DNA of 64,000 bases, taken from Potamilus streckersoni. Taxonomy: Eukaryota. Below are positions 13,806 to 26,880 of this stretch, piece by piece. A program made the translations under genes and the position numbers. The stretch spans positions 2,610,024-2,674,023 of the forward strand of contig JAEAOA010001935.1 in assembly GCA_016746295.1 (NCBI GenBank), written 5' to 3'. How positions within the stretch are numbered: position 1 is the first letter of the stretch; each line of letters opens with the position of its first letter. Under the pieces are notes generated by a model. The model did no database searches. It was not told where the DNA came from and saw only the letters and a list, made by a program, of their open reading frames with translations.

Positions 13806-14740
13806 TCTCTTGCTTTGTTGCAAAAATTTATTAATAGGACTGCATATTTATGGTTGTATTATTTGTCTACCTACTGGTAATAATTATATGCATTGGTTAA
13901 ATTATATTTGTTTTATTACTATATATATATTGTTCATATATATTTTTCATATTTTCACAAAAATTAATTACAGTAAGTCAGAAAACAACCTTGACCATGC
14001 AGCATTGTTTCCAATTCCACAACAGAGATTGTCACGTTTCTGACCTACATCATTAAATATTTAGTCTAAATCTCCTATCACATAATATTTAAACTCTCTT
14101 TTTATTAATTAGATTATATATTTTCCTGAACCAAATTGCCCAATGATTTACAAATAAACAGTTTAATGAAGTGGTATATCATATACACAGTGATGTCGGA
14201 CATTAAAATTTCATTTATGGGTTCAAACTGATTTTATTCAGAAAATATGCAAATAAGGCAGTTAAAATCTCCATTTATTAAAAAAAGAAAGAAGTAAGAA
14301 AATGCTATTCACCGATCATATTTTTAAAAGCAAATTACTATTTGCATATTGATGTTTAAATTTCTAAACAGAATTTGGTATATTTTCATCATAGCACAGT
14401 GTTCCCTATTCCTGAAATCAGGCAGTGATATTTTGCTCCAGAAAGGGTAATGGTCAGTTAGCTCTTAAAACTTGCATGTGAATGTGCAAGAATTTCTTTG
14501 TTGCCATATGCTGATTGGTATCAATACCAGGTAAATACATTTGGCATTGGGTTACAACAGTGCCAGAACTTATTGGCTATAGCGAGGGGGCATCTCAAAG
14601 TCTCTCAAAGTCGTATTCTACAGTCATATTATGTCTGAAAAATCAGAGGGCAAAGTTGTTTTTGCTTTCCTAACAGAAGAAGGCGAAGTTAATGTTTCTC
14701 AGGTGACCTTTTCACCCACCTTTCCTGGTAGCATGACTCC

Positions 14741-15012
14741 TATGTATGTATGTATGTATGTATGTATGTATGTATGTATGTATGTATGTATGTATGTATG
14801 TATGTATGTATGTATGTATGTATGTATGTATGTATGTATGTATGTATGTATGTATGTATGTATGTATGTATGTATGTATGTATGTATGTATGTATGTATG
14901 TATGTATGTATGTATGTATGTATGTATGTATGTATGTATGTATGTATGTATGTATGTATGTATGTATGTATGTATGTATGTATGTATGTATGTATGTATG
15001 TATGTATGTATG

Positions 15013-15043
<31 letters not shown>

Positions 15044-15046
15044 TCA
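14741..15046. repeat. (TATG)~68 microsatellite followed by (TA)n and (CA)n
   Basis: Direct. Source of the MYVC/HTYI poly-ORFs in the track. Confidence 0.95.
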
Positions 15047-16949
15047 CAATATGCAGTTAGTGACAAATAGATTTGTAGTACATTAGATAATGTCCAATGG
15101 CATTCATGAATACACAAATACAGTTGTTTTCATTCTCATTTTAACTACATCTCTGAAGCCACTGGATATATTTAATTTGAAAGAAGGAAATAGAATTACA
15201 TTTCTAATTTTAATTGAAATATTATTCTAAAGCTAAGTTGCAGAATATTGAAAACATTTTTTTGATCATTCCTTATTTGGTTTGTTAATTTTATATTGTT
15301 TGGTAGACATGGATCATAGGTGTGGAGTATTAACAGGTAGCCTGTACTGGAATAGTGTAGATATTGAGGACCGGAGTGCTGTTATTGGATATCTTGTACA
15401 TTAATTTCTCCCCACTGGTTTTGGTCCTTAATAGGTCATATTTTTAACTTACCAACTAAGTTTTCCTTGCTTTTTGTTTGGATTGATATTACCCACTTAC
15501 TCTTTTTTGAAGACACCCTAGCTTTGCTATGTGTTTATCATTTGAACTATCCCATGCCATATCACAGTAATTGTTTTAAAATGGTTTTCTTTATCTTTCT
15601 GGGAGAAGATGTCTTATCTTACAGAGAACACATAAACTTTAACTTTTTGCTGATAGATTTTATATATTGAATCCATGATAGGTTATTATCTACAAAAACA
15701 CCAAGTACTGTTGTCTATTATGACACCATGTGAAGATTCATATCCCAGTTGTTTCCTGTAAAGAAATTTCCATTTCATGCTTTGTGTTTTTGATATCTGA
15801 TGCTGTTGTGTCATCTGCATAGAAATTATGTAGATGAAATTTAGTTCCTGAGTAAAAGTGGTAGGTCATTAATAAATAATATAAATAGTAATGGACCTAG
15901 AATTAAGCTTTTTGGGACTCCATTTCTGATTTTTTCCAGGTTCAGACAGCATTTCATTTATTTAAACATGTTACGTTCTCTCAATTAAGTATGAAGTAAA
16001 CCATCCTAGTATATTTTCTGTTATTTCAAACGAATTTCCTGATCCAAATTGTCAAAAGCTTTCCTGAAATCTGCAAATACAGATTCTATTATTCTACCTT
16101 GGTCAAGTGCTTGAAGCCATTTATCAGTTAGGGAGATCAAGGCAGTCTTACATGAATGTTTCTATTTAAAGCCTGATTGGTTAGTGTGTAAAAGCAATTG
16201 TTTGGTTAAATTTGATATGAACAAGTGGGCATGTTTTTCATCAATTTTGACATGTCAATATCAAAATTGTATATTAATTATGGTTTTTAATTATTTGCAT
16301 CTTTATTAGAACATGATTTATATATAGGTATTACATTTGGGGGACAGATGCAATGCTTAAATTGATTATGAACATTATGCTATCTGGAATAGCTGAGGCA
16401 GATGTTTTATGAGTTGTCAACCAATCTGATCAAGTCCTTCTTTGGTATCAAGTTCAACAAGAAATTTTGTACTAAAGTTTTGTATTATACTTATTGGTTT
16501 GAGAAACAATCTTCCCTAGGCATTTTACTGGTGCAGAACTTTTTCAGTTCATTAAACTTGTTTTCTATCACTGATTCCTTTAGTTTGTGGTAATGTTAAA
16601 GAAACAAAATCATTGAAAACATTTTCAATGTCATTGTCATCAGTGACAATTATGTAATTTACCAGAAGTTAGTATCTTCTATTGGTCTGATATTTGTATA
16701 TTCCCCCAGTGAGTTAATTGAAAAAACTTTTCAAATAGAATTTCAATTCCTTTTTTGTTTTCAAGCATTAATAATGTTTTCTTACCTGTATTAATCATAA
16801 TTGATATTTTATTTCTCCTTACTTTATAGTATGCATGGCTTCCCATGACCTTGAATTGGTCTCATGTTTACATGGTATCAAAGAGTTTGATAGTTATGTT
16901 GGATTTCATACTGTATCACTACATTCATTGGTACTTGTTTAGAGATTAC

Positions 16950-17268
16950 ATCCATAAATAAGTTAGAGCATCCACCTTGGATGTGGAAGGTTGTGCGTTC
17001 AAACCTTAGACGAGTCATACCATAGAGTCATAGACTTATAAGAATGGTATTTGTAGCTTGGTGCTCATCAAGAGGTTAGTGTTAGGACTGGTCAGCCCTG
17101 TGTCAGGATAATGTGACTGGATGGGACATAATGCTACATGTCTGTGGCATGATACAATAGTGATGGACATCACTATAAACTGCCTCACTGCAGACAGTGT
17201 AGCAATATGACAGAAAACATTTATAGCTACATTAAAAATCCAATCACACACACACACACACAACAATA
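16950..17268 (+). mobile_element. SINE family A, full-length copy with (CA)8 tail
   Basis: Head ttagagcatccaccttggatgtggaaggttgtgcgttcaaacc. The body is the reverse complement of the 2478-2760 copy. (CA)n at 17250-17265. Confidence 0.7.
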
Positions 17269-17507
17269 AAAGGTTTGCTTTTGAAAAATAGAAAATTCAT
17301 GGTATTATATAGTAGCCCATTGGGCTATCAGACATAATTATTTTGGTAGCCCATTGGTCTATCAGACATACTTATTTTGGTAGCCCAGATCCAGTGTTGT
17401 GGTAGTTAATTGGTGCTATGCTGCAGACACACCCAAAGAATCTGTATAATGTTTATAAGATTGCTATTTGTTTGTTACTTATTGTTTTTGTTATTGTTTT
17501 CCTCCAG

Positions 17508-17637
17508 ATGTTGAAGATGATATTGGTGCCTTATATGTGAAAACCAAGAAGGGAAAAGATTTTGCAGAGGACTCTGAAGTTGATAAGTTGCTGTATATTA
17601 GTGATGATGAAGATCAAGTCAAGTATTCAACACCAGA
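17508..17637 (+). CDS. NFATC2IP: Exon 2: (D)VEDDIGALYVKTKKGKDFAEDSEVDKLLYISDDEDQVKYSTP(E), phase 1 in, phase 2 out
   Basis: Polypyrimidine tract plus acceptor ttttcctccag| at 17507; donor ga|gtacgt at 17637/17638. Frame is continuous with exon 1 and there is no stop. The acidic SDDEDQ stretch is consistent with the family. Confidence 0.65.
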
Positions 17638-18161
17638 GTACGTAGATTTCATGTGTCAAGTATTCAACACCAGAGTATGTAGATTTCATGTATTCTGCCT
17701 GTGACTGCTCAGCTTCAAATAGAGAATACTTCGACCCATAACATTTTTAAAAGTAGTACAATTTTAATTTTAATTTTAAAATAAATTTGGAGATGAAGCT
17801 GCATATTTAAAAATGTTTTGGATGGTTTAGACTTTGATTCAAGGTAAAGAGTTACTGTACACAAGCTAATATAAAACTTTTAAGTCGTGTTTACCGGATT
17901 AGAAACATAATTATTGTCATTCAAAGAGCATGCCAGCTCATATCCATTATCTGTCTCCTTTTTTTTGTCTTTCCATGAAGATAGAGTCAGAGTATGTTTA
18001 TAACAAAAGTGGGTGTGGATGGGTGTGAATGTGTTTTACTAAAAGCTTTGTGTTGCACAATACATTCTATTAAAGGATAATAACAATATTTCCTACAACT
18101 TAAGATTTCTCACTTGAATTTTATAAAGTCTAATTTGACTCCATAAATTGTTCTATTTCAG

Positions 18162-18308
18162 GAAAAAGGGGTCCTCTGTGGTTCTTGTTGAATCTCCTTC
18201 ACCCCCAGCACTCTCCAGAAGAAAATCTCCATCCCCAAGAAAGAGTAGCCATTATGATTTTAGCAAATGCAGTGGAAAAGGGGCAGTTGGGGTCAAAAGG
18301 GCAATAAA
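18162..18308 (+). CDS. NFATC2IP: Exon 3: (E)KKGSSVVLVESPSPPALSRRKSPSPRKSSHYDFSKCSGKGAVGVKRAI(K), phase 2 in, phase 2 out
   Basis: Acceptor ttctatttcag| at 18161; donor aaa|gtaaat at 18308/18309. VVLVESP resembles the VVLVEGP segment that precedes SLD1 in mammalian NIP45. Ser/Pro/Arg-rich. Phase is consistent with exons 2 and 4. Confidence 0.6.
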
Positions 18309-19389
18309 GTAAATACTAGCATGAAGAAAAAAAATTCTAACGAGATTCATAAGTCCAGAATCCCTTGCTATAGTATTGTAGTGACTCCCTTGCTATAATA
18401 TTGTAGTGAATACCAAGCCAACCTAACGTCTGTTAAAAATTTTGTTTCTGCACAATAGCTTGATTTCTTCTTTAAGTACATTACCCAGTCATAATGCCTT
18501 AGGAGTACTACTACTACCTTGCAACTCCAGCCCTCCGAGAGTTATAAGTTGTCTGACAAATTAAATAGCAGTCAAGCAGAGTGATCTCCTCTTAGGTATA
18601 AGGATTGGTGGCAAAACCCATGAACCTGTCTGTTGCTAGTTCCACTCATGTGAAGCAGCATGCTGTTTCTTAAGAGTGACCTTGCAATGACAGTTTTAAC
18701 TTTGAAGCATACCATTCCTAGTTGGAGGAGTCCATTTACCTCTCTCTTCCTTAGCCAACAAAGTTCTGCCTTTCAGTTTGCTAACACTTTGTTGCCTTTG
18801 CATATTTTAGAGCACTTTGTCACTTGCATGGGTAGCCTAGATATCTCTTCAGGATAGACTGGGACTACAGTATTTTATGCATGCAAGCCTTTGTGCCTAT
18901 CAGAATGGTATTACATGTGTATAATTCCATCATTTCTGGTATGTACAGGTAACCAAGGCATTCTTAGCACCCTGGTGCCATGCTTCCAATGTGTAGGCTA
19001 CCCTTGAGCCTTTCCACAAGTAGTATTATAATTTTTTATCTCTTCTACAGGTAGTATTATAATTTATTATCTCTTCTACAGGTAGTATTATAATTTATTT
19101 TCTCTGGACACTATTTATTTATTAGATCATCTGCTATCACTATTTTCCTGGTAAAAATCATATAGCTCTGCACCACACCCCATATTCAAAGCCAGGTGCA
19201 CTGAACTGACCTGTACAGATCATATTTGGGCCTTCCTGCAGGTGATATTGTAAATTATATTATATCTGCACTCTTCTCCTTTATTAACTTGTCTGCTATC
19301 ACTAATTTGTTTACCTAGGCATTTTTAGTATCTGGATGACATGCTTCAAGGATTCTACCTGCCCATGCCATCCTTAATGGTACTGACAG

Positions 19390-19652
19390 GTTGTTGTTGT
19401 TGTTGATGTTGGGCTTAACACCATTTTTCAGCACACGATAGGCTATTCATGGCGGCCAGTATTAATGGTGGAGGTAGAAACCGGGAAATCACCGGAAAGA
19501 ACCACCGACCCACAAGAAGCTACTGGCAAGCTTTCTCACATATCCACATTCGCCGAATCCTAGACTCGAACACATGCAGACAGAGGTGAGATGGCAGTGA
19601 TCAGTAACGGACAGCGCTTTAGACCACTCGGCCACTCGGGGGCCCCGGTACT
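19390..19652 (-). mobile_element. SINE family B, full-length copy (tail (GTT)n on the plus strand)
   Basis: Reverse complement of the 52460 copy; gttgttgttgttgttg at 19391-19408. Confidence 0.75.
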
Positions 19653-20559
19653 GACAGGTAATGTTGGCATTAAGATCATCTGCTATCCCTTTTTTCCAGG
19701 CAATCATCATTTGGTTTAGCCTAGTGCCTTCTTGGTATCCAAACAAGACAGGTGCTTGCATACAGCCTTATAATGCATTGTTCATATAGATGTTATTGTT
19801 ATTTTTTTTGACCTATACACTTCATTGCTTATTACACTGTGTTTATCAATTGCCAGGCCAACTTTAAGATATTGGCTCTATTCAAAAGACAGGGCTCTGC
19901 ATGTTGTATACGTTCTGCTGAATTTGTCTTACAGATTAGAAACATGGGCAAAGCACAAAAACAAACAGCGAAGGACAACGACTTGAAAAGTCTGCATGCT
20001 AACTTTTCATCAGTGCAAGATTTTCTGGCAGACAAGGAAGATAAGTCAACTCTTTACCCTTCAGCCATGAAGCACCAGAAATCGAAATGTTCGGAGACTG
20101 TTCTGGCATCAGAGTCACCACCACTAGACTCAGCATTATTGGTGACTCCTATAGGTCTTGCCTGCTCAGGATTTGACTCCATTTTTGTTGCTAATGTATG
20201 AGGGAAAGAGCTAAACAAACAACAAACTGTTCCCTCTTGCTCATGGATGCACAGATTAGTTACATTGATCAAACATCCCCATCACAAGCATATGATTTGG
20301 AGTGCAGACAGCCTATTTCCATGGCAACCAGCCTAACCTAGACCCTCTACTAGAGATCATAAAGGGTCAAAACAACAAATATTATGGGCTCAATTACTAA
20401 ACATCCAGGCTTCCAGTATACCAAACATGACTTAATCAGAAATGTACACAGACCAGTCTAACCCATATACAGCCTCAAGACACATTCAGCATGATGCCAT
20501 GATTAGTTACTTTGCAAATTTTTCTACACTCTGCCATGATAAGAGGTTTCTTACTCAGT

Positions 20560-21540
20560 TGCCGTCTTGAAGTCACAGTTTTTGATTCAGGGTGATCTGA
20601 GTTTTGTGAGTGGCGGAAATCATCACTCTTATACAGCTAAATCCAAGGCATCGTGGAGTCCTTTGCCTAACCTTATGCCAATCTCTCAATCCAAGAAGAG
20701 AACACTGTACCTCGCATAATATAGTATACTGTTGGTTACCCAGCATTGTTGGAATTAAAGGTAACGATAAAGCAGACAGCGCTGCTAAAATGGCCCTATC
20801 ATTATAGAACCATCTGATTTTCAAACACCATATACTGATTTTAAACATTGTATCAAAGACTGTTTACGTCAGAAATTGCAGGCATCATGGAATGATGCTG
20901 TGAATAATAAACTTCATACCATAAAGCCAATTTTAGGAGAATGGACTCCTTCCTACAGAGCCTACTGTAGGGAGGAGGTAGTCATTGCTAGAATTCGAAT
21001 CGGCCATACTTATTTAACCCACTCCTACATACTAAAAGGAGAAGACCCACCAAAATGCATATCTTGCAATGAACCATTCACAGTTAAGCACTTTATGCTG
21101 GAGTGTTTCGACCTCCAGTCTACACGAATTCAATATTACAATGTGAACATGAGGGAACTCTTTGATACAGTTAGTATTTCTCATGTTATAGACTTCCTTA
21201 AAGAAGTAAACATATATCATAAGTTATAACTTTTATGTTATCATCTTAAACATTTTTATGTGCTATATATGTACGGTCGCTAGATTTTAATTACCTTTCA
21301 TATGTTTTCGTTGTCATACATTATTTGCAATCCCCGTTGATCGGGAAACTTTATTTTTTTTATCACTTTTACCATTCTTATCGTTTTACCTTTAGCTATT
21401 TGGTTTTGTATCGCTGGCCGATACAGAACCTTTTTACCATTTGTATGTAATAATGGCTATAACCTTTTGTTTGGCACTAAATGGCCTCTTTGTGCTGGTG
21501 TGCCGTAAAAATTCAACCAACCAACCAACACTGTCATCAG
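20560..21540 (+). mobile_element. 3' fragment of a non-LTR retrotransposon (decayed RNase H region, C-terminal Cys-motif tail, 3' UTR ending in (CAAC)n)
   Basis: Translation contains IVYCWLPSIVGIKGNDKADSAAKMAL, an RNase H-like WxPxHxGIxGNExAD motif. It then has RIRIGHTYLTHSYILKGEDPPKCISCNEPFTVKHFMLEC, the C-terminal motif typical of CR1/Jockey-clade ORF2. Upstream frames are broken by stops. caaccaaccaaccaac at 21521-21536. Confidence 0.65.
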
Positions 21541-21744
21541 ACATCCACATTAACAAGCAGAAGATCTTTTTTTAGCACTGCTGTTGCTAAAACAAGTCTG
21601 GGAGAGCTCAGTTTGTAAGGTAGGAGATGTACTCCTAATGTATTATATTTGGGTAAATATCATCAATCATTTCAAAATCTTATCTCTCAACAAGCAGCTT
21701 GGTTTGGATTTGTGTAGTTTGACACCATTTTACAACACATAATA

Positions 21745-21848
21745 GCTATATGTGGCAGCAAAGTATTGGTGGAGGAAGAACCCAGATAGATTTCGGAAAG
21801 AACCACCAATCCATTGGAAGCTACTGACAAGCTTTCTCACATTGTTTA
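21745..21848 (-). mobile_element. SINE family B partial copy (core only)
   Basis: ggtggaggaagaaccc...gaaagaaccacc...ctgacaagctttctcacattg. Confidence 0.5.
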
Positions 21849-22856
21849 AAGGGGACAAACATGCAAAACTGAAATTCGTGCAAACTCCGTATAAAATTTG
21901 CTATATATATGTTTCATTTTCTGAAAATTTGTACCTTTCTTTTTTACTGGTTACGAAGAAATTTATGAAAAACCGATCAACTATCCCGATCTGTCTTGAA
22001 TAAACTAACGCACTTCCCTCCCCCTGAACAATTAGCGGATGTGACGTCATTTGAGACGCTGTACAGGCTGGCATTGTTGATAATAATTTTTTTTATTACC
22101 GTTAAGGTAATTTCATGTAGTCAGAAATTTTGTTATGCTTTATTGATAAAACTGCAGACTCCTATGATAATACAGTCAAGCATTCTCTGAGTTGGCTGTA
22201 CTTGAAGGTTAATTATGTCGACTGTCAGTGATGACAGTGATGTGGATGACAATCCAGAAGTAGAATATTTCATTAACATCCAACCTTATATGTATGAACC
22301 CGAGACAAATTCATGTGACAAAGATGTACAGAAATCACCAGGTTCTGACAATGACGATGATTATAAACTACCTTTAATTTTAAATACCAAACTGAAAAGC
22401 AGTACAAAATCTAATTTAATAAACCGGGTAGGGTAAGGGCTAGAATTTTCTACCGATTATGATTTCTTTCACAATTCATTTTTTTTTGTTTCATTAATTC
22501 TTCTTCTTTCTTTTCATTTTCTTTTAAGTCAAAACAATTTAATATTACAGATCAGAATTTTTCTTGCCAGTTTTTTTTGTTGGGGAAAGGGGTAGGCTGG
22601 AAATTGATTTTCACTTTCTATAGCCTGGATTAATCCAACAGCTATTGATATGGACTTGTACATGTCATAATTGGATGAATGCTCATCAAAGAAATGGACA
22701 TTTAAAATATCAAACAGGCAACAGTTTTTTTCAAATAATTTTAGCCTTTTTCCACACAGGTGCTTGTGTAGTAAATGTGTTCCAATGTCCAACCAAGAAT
22801 GGAATATTTGTTGCCACTCTCAGTGGCTCTCAGAAGAGAAAATGTGTGTGTGTGTC

Positions 22857-22889
<33 letters not shown>

Positions 22890-23924
22890 ACATGTTACAC
22901 CCCCACCTCTTCCAGGGCTCCATACACCAATCTGTTATAAAATAAATACCATGTAGCCATGTATAAAGTGATTGAATTGTTGTGAAATTATGTGTAATAA
23001 CTATACTATTTAGTAAATTATTTTGTCCTTTTAAAGTCTACCAACACATATCATATAGACGATTTTTCCAGTGGGTGTGGAAGATACTTGGTAAAAGAAA
23101 TATAAAAATATTACCATCATGTGTAGTGAGCACGATTCGCAAGACCTTCTCATCTGAAACCTTCACATGATTCATGTATTCTCGCTTCTGACTGATGAAT
23201 CTGAAAACTTATGACAGTTCTAGAAATATGTGTGAATGTATGTGTATAATGGGAAAATAAAATATCAAAAGCTACTGAAGTTTTAAACTCTATTGGCTGA
23301 AATTACACGTTCAGGTATTGAAACGTTGACGGTGCTCTTGAATTATTGAGTCCTTAATGCTCCCTGGCCTATGTTGACTACGACTCTGTCTTGTTATCAG
23401 AGTAGAAAAATATTTTTAAAAAAGAGTCAGCACTGCATCAGGCTTCAAACGCTAACGTTTTGGCTCAGACTCAATAGTTTGAAGAGTCTCTGGTCTTTTG
23501 AAAAACTTTCATGCACGAAATGTCTCGGTCATAAATCCCTTCTCTCTTTAATTTGATCGCCCATACAAATCACCTTTCAGGGTCCTTTGGAAATGTGAAG
23601 AAAAAAATATTTGTCAGGAACTGCTATTATTCATACAATTCAGAGTTGCGCATTGAAACATCGTTTCTACTTGACACAGAATATGAATATGCTTGTTGTA
23701 CGGGAATCGTCTCAAATGACGTCACATCCTCCTTGTATGAAAGGGAGATAATAACTTGGGAGGTAGGTTCTTTCCATTTGATCTTGGAATTCAACGCCAT
23801 ATTTATTATTAAATGTTTGTGCAAATACAATAAATGCAAAGAAAAAAATAGGCAGGATAGATTATATACACAAACTACTACATATCCTTCTATTTACAAT
23901 AAAATTTTGCTGATTAGGTTTTTT

Positions 23925-24005
23925 ATCCCCTTTAAGCTGAGACTTGATCTTATGTGGACAGAGGTGAGATGTGTGAATGATCTGACTACTTAGCCACCTA
24001 GAGTC
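23925..24005 (-). mobile_element. SINE family B partial copy (head-proximal part)
   Basis: ggacagaggtgagatgtg...ttagccacctagagtcc. Confidence 0.4.
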
Positions 24006-24689
24006 CTTCAACAACGAGAACTTTAATACAAATAATCAATGAATAGCAAATATAAAAGGCTTTTTTTTTCTACTCATTGTATTTAACCCATAAATGTATT
24101 AAATAAGTTGTAAAATATACTTGAATCATAAAAGACTATTTTAGTGCCTGTTTTGTGATTATTGTAAAAATTGTCCCAAATTTGTGAAATAATTTATTAT
24201 ATACAATGTAAGCTAATGTCAAATATCAAATTTTGTTTTCAACCACTTGTCCAGGACAGGTAATTTCGGAACATCAACTTGTCCCACCTACATCAAACCT
24301 GTTGACCCTAATAAGACTCAGTAAGGCAATTGATTTTTTTTTCCCGTAAGTTTGATCAGTTTTCTGTGAGATATAGTAAAATATCATTTTACTGCTATTG
24401 TAAAGTTGGAAAACATCTATTTAAAATGTTTGGTATTCGAACATGATGCATCACATCTCTCACTATGAGACATTCTCAAATCAGCCACAAAGTTGTTTTC
24501 CATTTTGCTTTTATTCACAAAAATCTGAATATTCCTTTTGATTCCTTACCAAATATGTTGAAGTGATTATAACCAGCCTCTCCTTTATTGTGATTGTTTT
24601 GGTTCATGTCAACACTGCTTGTTGAAATTTATCCTCCTTATAATCAGTTAGAAAAATATGCTTCAGTCATATAGTCAGTTATTAAAGAA

Positions 24690-25330
24690 GAAAGACAACT
24701 ATGTTCATAAAGCAGCTTTTATTATTTTTCATTGCATTGACTTGGTGGATTGAAATAATAGGGTGATCTGTGGCTTTCAGTAATTTCATTGTATTGACTC
24801 TGAGGATTGAAATAATAGGGTGATCTGTGACTTTCAGTAATTTCATTGTATTGACTCTGAGGATTGAAATAATAGGGTGATCTGTGACTTTCATTAATTT
24901 CATTGCATTGACTCTGTGGATTGAAATAATAGGGTGATCTGTAGCTTTCAGTAATTTCAATGTATTGACTCTGAAAATTGAAATAATAGGGTGATCTGTG
25001 ACTTTCAGTAATTTTATTGTATTGACTCTGAGGATTGAAATAATAGGGTGATCAGTGGCTTTCAGTAATTTCATTGTATTGACTCTAAGGATTGAAATAA
25101 TAGGGTGATCTGTGGCTTTCATTAATTTCATTGCATTGACTCTGTGGATTGAAATAATAGCGTGATCTGTGGCTTTCAGTAATTTCATTGTATTGACTCA
25201 TTTTAATGTAATAATAGTGTGATCTGTAGCTTTCATTAATTTCATGGTATTGACTCATTGAAATGAAATAACAGGGTGATATGTAGCTTCATTAATTTCA
25301 TTGCATTGGCTTGGTAGATTTAAATAACAG
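24690..25330. repeat. 57-bp minisatellite, about 11 units (ttgaaataatagggtgatctgtggctttcagtaatttcattgtattgactctgagga)
   Basis: Direct. Generates the fake 168-aa ORF 24682..25188. Confidence 0.9.
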
Positions 25331-25984
25331 TGATCTGTTCATGAGTGCCTACATTGCATAAATGCAAGATATTGAAGTAATTTAAACACTGCTAATTAAT
25401 CATACCAGATTAGTTTTGTTTGAAGAATATTTTGATTGGCTAATAATTTGGTCATGAAACCATATATGAAGTCAAGTTGTAATAGAGCTCACACAGATGC
25501 AATGAATGACCACTTATTCTGGTATCACAGGATGTGAATGGATACATGGAAGTAGACTCAAGCATTCAGTATGCCCAAAGGGCATGAATGAGCAGATAAA
25601 GGTAGATAAATGATTATGGTAATAAAAATCACACTTGCCCAGTTCTTGTTTAAAATTGGAGAGAAAAAAAGCACTTGTCCTGGACTAGCACCTTGGTAAA
25701 TTTTAATTGTCCAGCTTTGAAAATGTATAGTCCAGGACACCAGGCTATGGGATTTCATCAGCACTGATTGTATTGCAGTACAAATAATCAAAATATAAAG
25801 CAAGGCTTTGGGATTTCAACAGCACTGATCATAATGAAGTACAAATAAAACAAAATATAAAGCCAGGCTAAGGGATTTCATCAGCCTGATCATATTGAAC
25901 TACAAATTAAACAAAGCTGTTTCAAGGGAGGAGGGGCATGAACATGTAATGACAAATTACATTTAACATTTTTTTTTGTTTTAG

Positions 25985-26141
25985 ACATTTAACAAAAGCT
26001 CAGCGTCATTTGCAAGAGGAAGAAGAAAGGAACAAGTATCAGACGCCTGATCCCGATGTAACAGTTCTAGAGGCATATGATGGTGACATCACAGTACGAA
26101 TCCAGCTCAAATCAGAAATGCACCGATTTGTGATGAAAAGG
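25985..26141 (+). CDS. NFATC2IP: Exon 4: HLTKAQRHLQEEEERNKYQTPDPDVTVLEAYDGDITVRIQLKSEMHRFVMKR, start of SUMO-like domain 1 (first beta-strands)
   Basis: Acceptor tttttttgttttag| at 25984; donor agg|gtcagt at 26141/26142. ITVRIQLKSEMHRFVMKR aligns with NIP45 SLD1 (LKIRCRADLVRLPLRMS) and with SUMO IKLKVIGQDSSEIHFKV. Phase 0 out. Confidence 0.7.
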
Positions 26142-26149
26142 GTCAGTGT

Positions 26150-26880
26150 GTGGCCATGTCAGAATGCACACCATTTCACACAAGAACACCTAACAGATGA
26201 ACAAAAACATGTACACATTTCACACAAGAACAACTAACAGATGAACAAAAAAGTACACATTTCACACAAGAACACCTAACAGATGAACAAAAACATGTAC
26301 ACATTTCACACAAGAACACCTAACAGATGAACAAAAACAGATGTATACATTTCACACAAGAACACCTAACAGATGAACAAAAACATGTACACATTTCACA
26401 CAAGAACACCTAACAGATGAACAAAAACAGATGTACACATTTCACACAAGAACACCTAACAGATGAACAAAAACATGTACACATTTCACACAAGAATACC
26501 TAACAGATGAACAAAAATATGTACACATTCCACACAAGAATACCTAACAGATGAACAAAAACATGTACACATTTCACACAAGAACACCTAACAGATGAAC
26601 AAAAACATGTACACATTTCACACAAGAACACCTAACAGATGAACAAAAACATGTACACATTTCACACAAGAACACCTAACAGATGAACAAAAACATGTAC
26701 ACATTTCACACAAGAACACCTAACAGATGAACAAAAACATGTACACATTTCACACAAGAACACCCAACAGATGAACAAAAACATGTACACATTTCACACA
26801 AGAACACCTAACAGATGAACAAAAACATGTACACATTTCACACAAGAACACCTAACAGATGAACAAAAACGTTCACATTT
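26150..26880. repeat. 44-bp minisatellite, about 16 units (acatttcacacaagaacacctaacagatgaacaaaaacatgtac), starting 8 bp after the exon-4 donor
   Basis: Direct periodicity. Confidence 0.9.

Noticed and set aside
14631-15117. Cluster of six overlapping ORFs (MYVCMYVC..., HTYIHTYI...)
   Set aside because: Translation of the (TATG)n microsatellite in all frames.
19839-20272. 120-aa and 72-aa ORFs in the stretch between SINE-B and the LINE fragment
   Set aside because: Low-complexity and unbiased composition, no splice-site support, and no recognisable motif. They sit in TE-derived intronic DNA.
24682-25188. 168-aa minus-strand ORF (MKLLKATDHAIISIHRVN... repeated)
   Set aside because: It is a pure in-frame translation of the 57-bp minisatellite. 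The periodic peptide has no start or stop context and no compositional signature of a real protein.
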